Made by a program: the position numbers and the translations under genes. From Marsupella aquatica (taxonomy: Eukaryota; Plantae; Marchantiophyta), in the NCBI GenBank assembly GCA_973895155.1, contig OZ316891.1:29742331-29806330 (forward strand): DNA of 64,000 bases, in the 5' to 3' direction. The notes beneath the pieces were generated by a model. The model was not told the DNA's origin and did not search any database. It saw only the letters and a list, made by a program, of their open reading frames with translations. This document shows positions 50,212 to 63,981 of the stretch, piece after piece. How positions within the stretch are numbered: position 1 is the first letter of the stretch; each line of letters starts with the position of its first letter.

Positions 50212-53074
50212 GACGCTTCCGAAATAATATTCGGCAGGAGAAACTCCCCATTGGTATTGTCGTGCTAGAAACTATTTGTAATCTCCCTAAACGGGTTATC
50301 ATATATAAAGGATCTCAAAGATTTATTTCTCTATTTTTATTATTCGTTGTCTGTTGGTCCCGTCAAGTTGGATTGCGTCAAATCTTAGTGTTGTTAAAAT
50401 GTGATGTTGCAATCATTTTCAGGGTATCACACGCAGTGACGCGTCATGTTGCCCCCTTTTCTTGTCATTTTTAAGCGTGGTAATCGAAAGCATTAACAAG
50501 CAATTGCTGTCATATTAAAATAATAATATTTAGGTATTTTTGAAATTTCCAAAGTTTGGTTTTCCTTAAATTGGGGTTGTAGGTGGGAATAGAGGTCAGG
50601 ATAGAGGAGTCTATCCTGGCTGCCATTTCTATAAAATATTACTTAGGTTCTAGTGTTGTGAAAATGGAGGCTAGCTACCATTTATTTAGGGATAGGGCCG
50701 AGTCCACCGCTGGGACACTATCCCTCCAAATTTACGTTAGCCCCTATTTTCTCTTTTTAGTTGTTATAGGCTCACTTGACCCTACCATCGGAGATGCTCT
50801 CAGTCTGTACCTCCATTGGCATCTCCTAATGTGGATGCCAATGGACAACAATATTAGAGAGATTAGACAACAAGCTCGACCACAAACCTCCGTTTGCTTC
50901 TCCTAATCTGATGCCCACTCACCACAAAAAACACAGGATTGGAGATGAAGTTGACAAAGGAGATTGATAATCAAATGGGTTGAATCCCCTGGTTGGAATG
51001 CATCAGGGTTGTCTGTCTACTGAAGTGGCTAAATCCTAACCCTTGATTATCTAATAAGCTATTTTGTTATAATTATTAGATTCTGTAATTGGAGAGGGCA
51101 AATTAAGACCCAGGTTCAATTTAGGTTTTCACTTTGTATAATTGTTATCATAAGTTGTTTAGTTCATTGCTTCCACAAAGGTGAGTGTTCAAGGAAAGAT
51201 TCTACTTAAATAAAAAATAACATCTCAGAATTTACACTTTGTGTGGTTTAGGTCTCTCCAAACTGAAGCTCCACCCAATAAAAGATTGGTGTATCAACTA
51301 ACACCTGAAATGCATTGGCATACAAGGGACATAAAGCAATAAGCTATGCCACAAGTAGAGTGTAAACAAAGGTAAATTGCATTTTGAACATTGTAGCTTA
51401 GATCCAATAGCTCAATCTAAACACTAGAATATGCAATCCTACTACATATAGAATGCCAATCTGGCAGGAAGTATTCTTCACGAAACTTGGATTATGGTGG
51501 TGTTTTCTGCCAACCATGAGATGAACTTGCCACTATGCACCTTTTCCATGCCCAACTTGTCACTTTTTTCTGCAACTCACATACTCTGAATTGCAATCTA
51601 GTTGTCAGGTTGTCTTGCCATTTCTTTGCAGTGTCCAAAGGTTTAGCCATCTCATCTATGCTTTGACAACACTTGTGCAGTGCATGTACATGGAGCTAGT
51701 GTCACATCTAACACTATAATAGGCAATCCCGCCCATTTGGTCACTTTCGTCCGTCGTCCCATTATGAATTTGAATATCAGCGGGAATGAAACTGAACCGT
51801 CAGATTAAAGCATCTCTTTTTTTGTATCCATCCGATCGTGAAATGAGACATGCATCAGATTTTGCTCCCTTATGTGCACCCCCGTGCACTCATTATGCCC
51901 CTCCATCCTCACCCGCAGCAAGGACCTCTGCATAGGGCTTCGCGACCCACATTTACATTCCATGCACTTTCTCCCTATGGGACCGGCCCTCCTTGCACAG
52001 TGCAACGCACTGGCATAGGGCTCGTGTCACAATAAAACCTGAAATGCCCGGCCAATATAATGGAAGATACAATATGAAGAATATGATTCATCAAATCCTA
52101 GTAGCATTATACCACTTAACCTGATTCTCAAGTTCTACGTGGTCCTTAAGTTCAACAATTGAATTGGAATGAACAGAAAATTGGCCTGCCAATGCTCCAA
52201 GTGAGTAGAGTGGTCATTTTCATTTCTCTGTGACTTTAATTTTTGCGATCAAAGCTATAGTGTCACCTCAATGGTAATTCAAGGAAACAAGATTGTGCTT
52301 GAACAAGGGTCCCATCTCCAGACCGGCCCAGTTGGTTGGGGTTCCAGAATTTCCGGTAAGAAATGCAGCAGCCAAGCTGGTAAGAGTGTGGAAGATTAAT
52401 GTGCGCCAATGTTGTGAAGGAAGTTATATTGTTTGGGTGGAATTGGTCAAGTTGGGACTGGAGGAGAGGGGCCATTTTCCCAAAGATGCTGGAATAGAGG
52501 CCTTCAGATCACAAGTAAGCAGTGTCAAATTGAAATACACAAAGGATTGGGAGCGATTGCTGATAAATTATTATTGCAGGGAGGGGATTCTGAAGAGTTG
52601 GGTGGTCACTACGGCTTCGAGATTTTGAGGAAATGTGATTGATCTTGGAGGATATCACAATGACAGGGCTTCGTCAGGTTTAATAGAATCTTTTGAAGGT
52701 GTGAGCAAAAGTCCTAAGCCAATGCCAGTTAGTGAAAGATGGGGAGACATAGAGGAGGCAGCCATTGCTACGAAGGGGCGGCAAGGGACTGATCACTAAA
52801 AATGTTAGCCCTTCTTCCGGCTGCATTTTTGGTTTTCTAAGGTAGTGAACGAGTAAACATCCGCATGTCAGATCTTGCACCTAAAAGTGTGAGAAAACTG
52901 GCTTCGTCAGTAAGCTCCAAGTACCTGCTTGCACAGACCTTAGCAGTGGCGTATTTCTAGATTTTGGGAACTCTCGAAAGCTATCAGTGTGAATGCTATT
53001 TGAGGATTGGGAGTAAATTTTGTTGAATGTATGAAGGACACAAAGGCCAAAGTAGAAGCTGTCATTAAGGCGAC

Positions 53075-53790
53075 GATGAAATACTATGGGAAATGGCCAT
53101 TTACGCGTTACCTGAGCCTTCCGATTTGGCATTGATGTGTCCCAGGAACTAGCTTCTGTCATCGTTTCTGTATTGAAACTTTTTGCCCACTTTCAAGGGT
53201 TGTTGTCATCTACCATTTGGTGTACTACAAGCTTACATGATGAGGTTCAACCAAAGTTACTTACTATGAGCATACAGTAATAAAAATACATTACCTTTGC
53301 TTGACTAGGGATCAACTCCTGGATTGGGCTGGTCTGTGCCATAACCGGGATGTGATTATTACCGAACGTCTTGAATATTCCAATGCAATTATATTGTTGG
53401 AATATTCTCTTGTGATTACAATAATTATAGTTGGAATTGGGGTTGGAATTCCAGAGTTGAAGCAGCACAAGTCATGGTTGCCGCCCTGATTTTAGCTGTA
53501 ACAGTAACTCACATCATGTACCTCAATTTCTATGGTTTTGACTGTGGCCTGAACGTAATGGTGTGCCTAGTTATGGGGGTTACCAACTATTGCTTTGGAC
53601 CAGATGGGCAGGAATCACGCACCATCCAAGGCGGTTCCTACTCTGGTGTGTAATTCTCGGGACAGTTTAGTTAATGCATAAATCTTTGACTTCCCTCCAT
53701 ATTGGGGTTCTCTGGATTCCCATCACTGTGGCATGCTTGCACTATTCCACTCACTATGTCTTAGTGGAGGTTTATTAAAAAGGATGCCAG
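53075..53790 (+). pseudogene. PGAP3: PGAP3/Per1 (GPI remodelling) pseudogene, probably a retrocopy
   Basis: Frameshifted, contiguous fragments: KYYGKWPFTR, QELASV, HNRDVIITERLEYSNAIILL, HIMYLNFYGFDCGLNVMVCLVMG, QLLLWTRWAG..HP, IFDFPPYWG, LWHACTIPLT. Confidence 0.8.
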
Positions 53791-56581
53791 GTTGAGAACT
53801 GCCGTAATGCGGAGGAAGCATGAAACTGATGAAAGAAAAATGAAATAAAATGTGTGGAGGTTGACAGTTTTCTTGGCCCATCACTTGAAAAATCCGTTGA
53901 CATGGGATATGAAATTTATTCATTAGTGTAAGTTGCACTGAAAGTTTTATCATACTTGGCCAAGAAGAATCTTTGAGACACTTAATTAGGATTGTGGTGA
54001 TAGGAGGGAGTGTTTCAAATTTATCTGGAACTGTGTGGTGTTACCCGTCCATCCCGTTCTTTGTTGGTTATCTGTAGACTAAGGTACTCAAATTATTCCT
54101 ATCAGCTCTGTTTTGCATCTCCACGGTGTTGTAGCTATTGCTATGCGGTTAGCGTCCTACTGTAGATGACTATTACCATCACATAGAGATGATTCTTCGG
54201 TGCAGCTAGCAGTTTCTTCACTATGCTGTATCGTAGTCAATGGGTGTTGAAGGCTGTTGCCTGGAAGACTTTCAATGTTACGTTTCTTCTATGTTGATTT
54301 GGAAGGGAAAGTTTAAAATTGAAGCAAGTTTTCTTACAGAGCTTAGAATAGAAAAATCTTGCAGTATAATTTCACTTCATCGTAAGATTTTCATGAATAC
54401 TAATTCGACTTTTGAATGTATTCTATTAGTGTCTTATTACATTTTGAGACTTCTCCCTGGTTGTGTACTAGTTAGTTGATTCTATTGATTGGTTGCAGAG
54501 GTGGATCATATATAGTCTTAGGAATTTAACAGATTGTGTGAAGTCTCAAGATAACTATTTGTTGGTTCTTTTGAATGATGTAGCAAAGAGTTGTCGGACA
54601 GAGACACTTCCATCAGCCCATGATAATTGTAGAGTCACAGCAGGAAAGAAACATGAAACTAGCGCCACAACCTGACTATACCTTGTTATCAATGTTACAT
54701 GTCAAAAGGAATTGTGTGGGGTTTGTGAGATTGCAACTGGAGCAAGTGACATTTCATGGCAAGGAAGTGTCAATATAGTACTATGTAGTGTTACTTATAT
54801 AGGGTGGCCAACAAATGAATGTAAAGTAACTATTTTCTAGAGGTAAATTTAAGAGTTATTTGCAAATTAATCTCACAAGACTATAGAATACTAATATTTT
54901 GCATGTTTTACATATCAGAAGACATTTTCAAAATTAAAACATCACTTAAAATTTCTGATTTGGACACACGTAGTTTTGGGCTTAGTAGAGCCCTAGGGCA
55001 CACGAGTAAGATAGTGGGAGGAATCAGGGTAAGGTGAAGGGGGATTAACAAATTAAGATTCATTCTCAATCTGGGGATTGATTCCCCTCCCGCATAGTGG
55101 AGATTATACAATCATGTAGTAGTTAGGTATAGGAGAAGTGATGCCTTGAATAAACAACCCATTATACTTTGACAGTTTCCTGGTATTCATAATAATGTCT
55201 GAGTGTAGTTTAAGCACATTTAACAATTGGAGCAATCAAAAGGGTAAGCAGTGAAGTAACCTTACAAGTCTCTTCTTGAGCTGAACAACAAAAAAACAGA
55301 GGGAGACAATTATAGCCCAAGAAAATAGATACTGATTAAGGTTGAAAGGAGTTGCCAGTTACTTTCAAATCGCCAAAGAAACCAAGGAAACACCAGGTTT
55401 TCAATTAAGATTAACATGGGCCACAAGTTATTTTCAAATTGCCAAAGAAACAAAGAAACAAAAATGATGGTCCCATGGACCACAATGTTGGTTTTGAAAA
55501 CCCCTATGGACCATATTTCCCAAAACATGAGTTTAATTGTAATAAGTTGATGTTAGTAATTTCAAATATTTGTTTGTTTTGAGTTCTGCTAGAGGATTAC
55601 TTAAGCTACACTTTGAATTTTTGGCCATTTTGGTTGAGTTATTCAACATCATGATATGCTGAGAGGTAACTTTTATTAGATTAAATTTCAATGAGTTAAT
55701 ATGAAGTATTTGGGCTTGAGTTTTTTAAGGTCTCCTGCTTCTCGAGTTGCCTTGCAGGTGCAAAACCAAATTTTCTTAAAGATTCATAATCATCACGATT
55801 TAAAGCCCAAAACTCCCATGGACCACCAGAAACCAAATTGTGGTCCATAGGAGCAGTGTATCCAACATGGTGGTCCATCTGGGATTCACTTTTCCAAGTA
55901 AACACTTTCATAAAATAATCCAAGGATTATATTAGCGCTAATAAAACATCACGTTCCTAGCACGTTCGCTTCTCCAAGAGGGAAAAGTCAATGGTTCTCA
56001 ATAATACGGGAAAGTCAGAAACGCGGCTGGAGAGATTCGCTTATTACAGTCGTATTTCTGCTGCCTTTTACTCCTAAAGTCACCAAAATGCGTTGCCTCG
56101 AACACGATATTGAGCTCACATTCGTGGAAGGTGGGTACCTCTGTCAGTAGTCGAAGTCTTGCGAAGTCCGACGTCAAATTGTATCCCATTCAGGGGAGTG
56201 AGGAGATTTTGCAGTGGACCTATGGATGGCAGTGGTTTTGATTGTCGTGAGGGCAAGGAGTGCCTGGATGCCATTCGGCATCAGTCTAATCCAGGTGAGG
56301 CCGCTGGAGCGGAGAGAGGAGGTTAGCTGAGAGCTGTGTGTGACTTCCACAGTTGTCGTAGAAGTTGCTGAACTAAGATTGCGACCCGATATGGTACTGA
56401 ATGTGCATCAATGCCTCGATCTGTACTAATTTACACTCCGCCAATTGCGTTTGCTCCTTCATTGTAAAGTTGTTCTTGACACCAGTTCAAAACTTTGGTA
56501 GCATTGCTGGTACAAGGACATTTTAGTACATCGTTAGAGAGTTTAGTTAGAATAAGCGTTTCAGGATTGTTGCGGCTTACC

Positions 56582-59500
56582 ATGGCAGAAGCATCCGGAG
56601 CTCGAACGCACCGTAGAGAATGGGTGATTAATATCAAGCGCGACCTTGAACCTTATGTTAAGACAACGACGTCCCGGAAGCGTAGGAGACCCATTTGTAG
56701 AGTGGGATCAAGACTGAGGGAGTTACGAAGGGAGCAATTTGTTCCTCAGCACTTATTCGTGGGTCCCTACCAGAGGTCGAGCTATGACCATAACGATCGT
56801 AAGTCAAAAGGCAACAGATTCAAGTTGGCGGTAGTTGGTGCATTTCTCGCAGATTGGGGAAAGTCGCTCAATGATTGCGGGAAAATTTCTGCAAGGATAG
56901 TTAAGGATCCGAAAGCGATGCTAGGGAAGTACAACGAGGACGGGCTGGATGATTTCTGGACAGAAGACGTGCGAAGTGTGCTCGCCATGGACGCAATCTT
57001 TTTGGCCTGGTTTTGCACTGTCTTGGGGGATGAGGTAGCCAGTGCGGCCCTCCGCAATCGGTTCCCTTCAGTCTTCTATGTGATCCTGGGAGAAGACCTT
57101 TCATTTACTGAGCCGGTTATCCTTGATCTCCTAAAGGTAGAAAACCAAATTCCTCTCGAGTTAATTCGAAATGCGTTGTTGCTCTTCATCAAAATATTAA
57201 AAAAGAAACCTGGAAACCAGAGACTGGAATCAACTGCTAGTAGTCGAGATACTGGAGACGCCCGGACGCAAGCTGATGAATTGTTGCAGCGCATGTGTAC
57301 ATACGTGGCGGTAAGCCAGGACTGTGAGCTACCGGGCCCAGGGCTGATGACTCTCGGCGTTACTGAGGTACAAGAGAAGTTCAATTTGAAGGACAACTGC
57401 CAGCACCTTCTCCATTGTGTGTACTTACGCTTGATGAGTGAACCATCAGATCAAACCGAGGAAGAGACTTTTTGTGGCCCATTGCACAGGGCTCTGAGCT
57501 ATTGCGTCAAACGGCGGCATAACGAGCCTGAAAACCCGATCGGGAACTCCTTTGACAACAAACCGTCAAGTCGGACTGAGGCGCGTGCAGATGCAGCACG
57601 ACATCGTTTATGTGGCTCCGCGCAGAGTGTTCTGAAGTATTTTTGCTTCAGTTGGCGGAATCACCCGCCTGGAAACGCCTCCGGTCAACGAGCACATACC
57701 CTCACTCCTGTGGCTTCGGCGTCTCAACTCAAAAAAGCCGGCATCAACTTTCGGGGAAAGGCAGGTACAGAAAAAGGACCTGAACGCTCAATTGCTTAGG
57801 GTTGAATTCCCGTTTCTTAGAATATGTGACACTAACAATAGAAGACGGGAACCGCACAAACCAGAAGTTAAAGCCAACCATCGCTCACAATGCTCTGTTT
57901 TGTTGAACTTAGGTTCTTGTTGCCAAATCCATTCACTAAACATATGAGAATTCGGTGGAACCTTGAAAACCTTTTGTTTCTTTTGCTCTCGAAATGAGTC
58001 TAGACTTGAGACGTTCTACGCCTTGGTACGCAAAATATGTTGGGTTGTGTTAGTTGTCCATAGTGAAACACTTCATAGGCCATCCTCTCTTGTCTCCTGA
58101 GATCACAAACTGAAGGAACCTCAGTATCATTCTCAATTCTCCCAGACTTAGCTAAGGTAGTGCACTTGATCACTGATAGGATTTGAAATCAGATTTCCAG
58201 ATAAGTTGTTTAAGTCCGATAATTATCCTGTGGACAACCTGAAGCGAAACTGCTAGACTTTTAGCTTTGAATTTTTCCTCATTACCAGGCTCTGACCGAA
58301 GCTTTCAGGTCAATATGCTTGTGCTATACCCTACCCTTGGATACGGGGAGGGCGTTATGGGCTCCCACGTACTCCTACATGGCTTCACAAGTTCAGCAAA
58401 CCAGGCTAGTCGAGTACAAAGCATGGTTGGACTATTTTATCCTAGACGGATTCGTGAGGTTTTGGACAAGATAACTGAATTGCTAACACTCAAGCCAAAA
58501 TAGCAACCACCTTATGCTCCTGAGGGTTTTCAAGATGCGGGCAGGCAGGAATTTATGCTATTGAGGGAGAGTATTGCTAGAAAGTCACAGCTGTGGTTCT
58601 TTATGACTTTGATGGTGGCTGAGTTTTGGATTTTAGTGCATTTCTAGGGTATATATATATATATTGCTAGCTAGTTTGCTAGCCAAAACAGAAGTCCAAA
58701 TATTGGGTTCTATGAAAAAATGATGCAAAATTTGAAATATCTGAAACCAAGTTGCAGATAATGAGGGACTAAGTTCGATAGCAAACTGGTGGATATTGAA
58801 GATTTTTCCCGTATGTGACAAAAATGGCCCTGCAAGAAAGTTTTTCCTCTTTCTTTGCAATAGGAAAAATAATCTGGTTGCTTGCATGGTAATGATGCCC
58901 AATGCTGCTAGTGAAGAAGAGTGTTGGTAGATTTAGTTTGAATGAAACAATGTTGCAACTTGGTGATAGTTATGGGCAATTTGTGAGCAAAGCTTTTCTT
59001 GCAACTGACTACCATGAGCATATACAGGTTTGGCGGTCAAATTCGAGAAGCACTTACTGGGAGCCACCCTCTACCTCCCTAGGATAGACTACATCGGGGA
59101 TTATGCTGAGACACTGTGGAGGAACTTGTTGGCATTTGAGGACCAGTATGCAGCCCAACATCCATTCAAGTCATACTTGGTTCTCATGGACGAGTTAATA
59201 GACTTGGAAGAGGATGTGAGTGCCAACTTCACCTGTCTGTTGTGGTAGAATATTCTGTGCATAAGGAAGGAGAAAATGAATTCAAAAGTTAATGAATGTT
59301 TTCTGCATAATTATATAGTAGTGAGGGTACTGTTCATTTTTCATTTTTTGAAAACAAAAGCTGGAAACTCCACCCAAAGAGAGAGACTGCAAGACAGGTT
59401 CGAAACTGTGTGCGGGAAAACACAGGGATTTCAGTGAAAGGACACCAACAAAAACGCTAGAGCCAGAAGTACAACCCGCGGGACAACCCGGCCTTTTTAT

Positions 59501-60709
59501 TGGTGGACCTCACTACTCCTCAATCCAGTGTGCCAAGTTGTTTTCCACAAGCCAAATTCTATCGGCGCAACCCAGATACAGAGGACGCAAGCAAGTAAAA
59601 AAGGTACTGTCTTGTATGGTGGTAAAACACTCAATTTCCAATTAATTCAATAATCACTGAAAATAGAGTTTTGACCACAACCTCTATCATAAAATCTTCG
59701 TAAACAAATAGAGTTTTTCAAGCAAAAGAGAGACATGAGAGGTACAATCATATGACTGGGTCCGTGCAATCTGTCATTGATCCTCTGACTCCCAGGAAAT
59801 GTTTAATTACCATGAACTGCAATTTGGCATATTTAGAACATTCAAAGAGTGGTGGCTGTTCTTGATCAAGCCAATGGAGTTTAGAAGAGTACCTTTGTTA
59901 CAATTTTCTTGCTTTGTTCACACCACCTTGAATGCCCATTCCTTTGAATGTTAGAGAAGACAAAAAAAAAGTTTTGCTAAAGAATCTATGTTGTTTCCCT
60001 TCATTTTGTCCCCATCCCTGGTTTTGGGTATGCACTTCACTTTGAGTTTGTCTTCATCTAGAGTTACAATCTACTTAGAGGCTTCACTCTACACCATAGG
60101 CCTTAAGAATAGCTTCAGTTTGCCAATTATTAGTAAGATTGCTTTCTCAGCAACACTGGAGACGTTTATGGTGTCAAATAATAAAAGAGTATGAGAGAAA
60201 TTACATCGAGAGGCTTCCCACATTCCCCATATGCCTTGCATATATTTTTAATGTTTTCCATCATTCTGGTCTTTGTGGCATTCTCTTAGACTTCAGGGAG
60301 ATCTTGAGTACTTTGTTTCATATAACAACTTCGATTCAAAACATAATTTTCTTGGCTCACATGGGCTGTGTCTCAATACTCTCTGGACATGCAGGTGGCA
60401 TTGTTGAGGCATGGGAGAAACCCAGTCATTGCCAATGTTGGTGTTGGAAGCAATGCAGAGGTAGCAAGGATTTTCAACTCTATGACCACGGACTATACTG
60501 TCAATACAAGCGATGACAATTGGAATAGTGTTCGGGGGCAAGTCTTGGATTACTACAACAACAAGACTAGGCAAATATGGGTGGAGTTTAGGAGAACAAA
60601 TTTTGGACGGCCGTGGCTCTTTGCCTCTTTTCTGGCCGCTGTTGCATTGTTAGTTTTGACTTTTCTTCAGACTTTGTTTGCAATATTGGCCTATAAATAC
60701 ACATTTTAG
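56582..60709 (+). CDS. DUF247 (UPF0481) family protein; exons 56582-57764, 59028-59215, 60395-60709
   Basis: PICRV..LR, FVPQHLFVGPY, MDAIFL, DLLKVENQIP, HLLH, SASQLKKAGINF, LYLPRI..RNLLAFE, SYLVLMDELID.EEDVALL, and a C-terminal TM segment PWLFASFLAAVALLVLTFLQT. Confidence 0.92.
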
Positions 60710-61089
60710 TCTTAGAAGATTCCACTTGGATTGGTGTAATGTATTTGAGGGTTGGAGCAGAAATAATGCACTTCCAAGATAATTTGGGAAGGAGAGGGCT
60801 GGGTTCTGGTGTGCTTCATGGCCTTTCTTTGCCTGCAACAACTTTACTTTCACATGCTAACATGAGCTTTTTCCATTTGGCTCATATAGTTTATATGGTA
60901 CAAGCCCAATGCCCGTGCATTGCACAGATTATTTTTAGTTGAGGCAAAGACATCAAGGTGAGACAAAATGTCAAAACAAAAAAAATGGCAAAGGCAAATT
61001 GAGATGTCAAGGTGAGGCAAAGATGTCTGAGTGAGTCAAATATGTCAAGTAGAGAAAAAGATGCTAAGGAGAAGCAAGGAAATGTAAGA

Positions 61090-62555
61090 CTGGTGGACCT
61101 TGCCACCTAGAGCCCTCACCAATCCCAACACCCATGCCTAAATGCCTTTGGTGCCCGAACGCCTCCACGGAACTCCTTAAGCAAGCAACTTGATGCCCCT
61201 TGCACCCCAAGCAAACACTCCCATTCGAAGTCGCACTTGCTCCCTAACACAATCGTCCCTCAATGGTCCTCATTGTCTTCAAAAGCGACCAAGCACTTCG
61301 GTAAGCAACCCAAAGGATCTAGGCATTCCAAGACTAGCATCCTAACTCAAGCTCAACGTACATTGGTAAGTAGGTCAACAAATAGGTCATCCCTGGCCTG
61401 CATGGCCTTGCCATAAGCCGAAGCCAGAACCAACACCCACTGTTTGTCCAGAATAGTCCCTCTACGGATGTAGCTCGGGCTCTCCCGTGTACCTATCCGT
61501 CACTGGCTGACCGCCTTGCCCCCAGAACATGTTCATGGCCCAAAATAACATAGCTTGTCTTCAAGTTTGTCCCAAGCTTTTCCTAAAACACTAGGACCAT
61601 AATGACCCTAACTCTAGCAACCAAGTCATGGTTCTCACTCAAATGATAGCGTAGGGCCAAGTGCACTTGGAACTCAACCCCCATGCCTACTTGGCCTGGC
61701 CTCCCCAATGCAAGCTCCCGTGGGAAACTGCACGCAACTTAGCTATTATTTTGGCAGGATTTGGCAAGCGATAAAGATAGCCCCCACAAACCCCAAACCC
61801 AGTTGAGCTCAGGAGGATGTAGTCCTCCTTGAGAGCTTTCCAACGCACTCAAGAAGTCCTCCAATGGACTTCCCGTTGGGAAGTTATCGTTGCTTTCGTT
61901 TGGCGTCTCCCCCTTGGTGTTGCAACCACCGCAGCTCACGACTTGGGCTCGACACCACTCCCCTAATATATGCTTCCGGAGACCTGCCACCCCCACACCT
62001 ACTTTGGTCCCCAAATTTTGGCCCCCACCTGGCCCCAACTTGCACGCATGGGCACACAACTAACTTTTTATGCCCATAATTTTCTAGCTAGGCGTCCGTA
62101 GGTGGAATGCCTTAGCCCATTGTGATCAGGCCGACCAAGTGCTCATGCCTAGGCCCTTAGAACTTGTTGTCACTCGAGCCTTGGGCGGCCGCACTTGGGC
62201 CACGCCGTAACTCATGCGCCGAGCGTCTCTTGTGCATGAAGTAAACTATTAGTCTTGGGTCCAAGAGGAGCTCTCACTCAAGCCCTCAGAAATCAAAGTC
62301 CGTTTGGGGGTCCGGACGGTCCACCTTGAGCCCGGCCCCTCCCATGACCCGACCAGCCCCCAAGCTAGTTTAAGTCCTTAGTGTGCACCACCAGTTTAGC
62401 GTCTTGCCTTCGCTAGTGCAACGCCTCATTGCCCACTAGTCTCCCCGTGCTTAGTCTTCACCAAATGGCCATTCCGGGCTTGGACCATAGAGGAGCTTGG
62501 CGTTGGAGTCAACGACGCCGGAGCTAAGTGCTAAGGTAGTCGAGTTCCGCGATTG
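61090..62555 (+). mobile_element. Unclassified dispersed repeat (longer copy of 4590-5235)
   Basis: Shared blocks with 4.6-5.2 kb. No coding signature recognised. Confidence 0.7.
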
Positions 62556-63861
62556 TAAGTGAGGAAAGGAAACACTACATCCCATAGTCCAAACACAACT
62601 GCATGAAAGGATGAAAAAAATTGTTTTAATTTTTTCTCTTTTGTTTCAATTTTTGATTTTTTAATGAAATATATATTTTGAAAATTCTATTTGTACTCAA
62701 AGTTTTTTCAAAATTTTCAGAATTAGTATTCATTTTTTGAATTTTAATCAATGTTTTCATCTTAGGCGGGTTTGGCCAGGCTAAGGGCAGCTTGGGTAGA
62801 GGCAGTTGAGATTGACTGGGGTATAGATGGATCTGACAATGCCAGGAAAACAGTTTTTTTTATGAAGGGCTAGGATTGGTTTGCATTTTTTCTGATTTTG
62901 TAAACAAACGATGGATGGTTTTGGCGGGATACGTTGTTGTGGTAGTAGATTGGCTAAGAGGACTTATGATACTAGTAACTTGTTTGCAGTGCAAGAGAGC
63001 ATCTATTTATTTGAGAATTAGAATCATGCATGCAACAATCCTACTCTACTATCTCTATGATGCCATCTGGGTTGTGTTGGACAACCTGGGATTCTAGGGG
63101 GAATTTAATTGTCGTAGAGTATCTCTCCGGACCTGAAACTTTATGGTATCTGCCCGCAGGGACGATAACTTTCGTCTCACAACCCCATGGCCAGAGCCTA
63201 TAATGATTCTTTTCTTGATGAACCTAGGAACAAAATTTTTGTAGTTGTTTGTGCCTGTGAGAACCATTGTGGCTAATTCTAGGAATTCCCAATATTTTGC
63301 TTCTTGCATAAGATAATGTACTCATGAATTCTATAAGAACAAGAAATACCAAGAGGCATTGCATCAACTACACTACCTAAGCAAGTTTGCGTGAGCTTTG
63401 GGTGTGTTAAAAGTTGTTTGCAACATTCCTCTCTATTCCAAATAGTCACTTTGGAGGTACCTATAGTTCATACCAGGTTGGAAGCCCATGGTCCTTTCAC
63501 TATCTCCTTAGGGCTTGCTTCATTCCATGTACCTGTGAAATGTCTGAACACAAGGCGGATGGTTTGAATACCATGAATTTAGATGGATCTTACTATGTAA
63601 TCGCAAACAGATGCTACTTTTAAGGGCTAGTGTCTAGAGTGAAGCCTCTAGACAATAACTCAAACAAGGACAAAATGTATAATTACTTTGAATAAGATAA
63701 ATCTAAAAGGTGCAAAAAAGTAGGTATGCAAAGATAAAGGAAAAGAGTATAGATTTTATTTTATTTTTTCAATTAGTTTTGTTTTCAATTCTATTTACGT
63801 CAAGGAACAGGTAGTTAGGCTAGTAAGTTATTAAGTTCTATGGTGTATGGTTTCTATAGAG

Positions 63862-63981
63862 GATACTTGGGGGTCTCATTATATGGATGCCTTCCCATCA
63901 CCTCTGATGTTTTTAGGCCTCGGACCCCCTACAATGTAAGAAACAAATATTTTTTAACCCCTATAAAGTTGGAATATTCCA
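63862..63981 (+). mobile_element. Fragment of a second copy of the Sola-like element (3' end of transposase gene and downstream flank)
   Basis: Reverse complement of ~30822-30945: CCCATCACCT.TGA.GTTTTTAGGCCT.GGACCCCCT...TTTTTTAACCCCTATAAAGTTGGAATATTC. Confidence 0.85.

Larger units (their letters stand above)
29500..50840. mobile_element. Large (~21 kb) cargo-carrying DNA transposon, Sola-like, partly decayed
   Basis: Transposase on the minus strand with divergent cargo genes. Collinear inverted homology between 29761-29795 and 50553-50587 (28/35, 17-bp perfect core) and between 29539-29555 and 50784-50800 (15/17). An element-restricted palindrome occurs throughout. Exact ends and TSD are not resolved. 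Confidence 0.7.
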
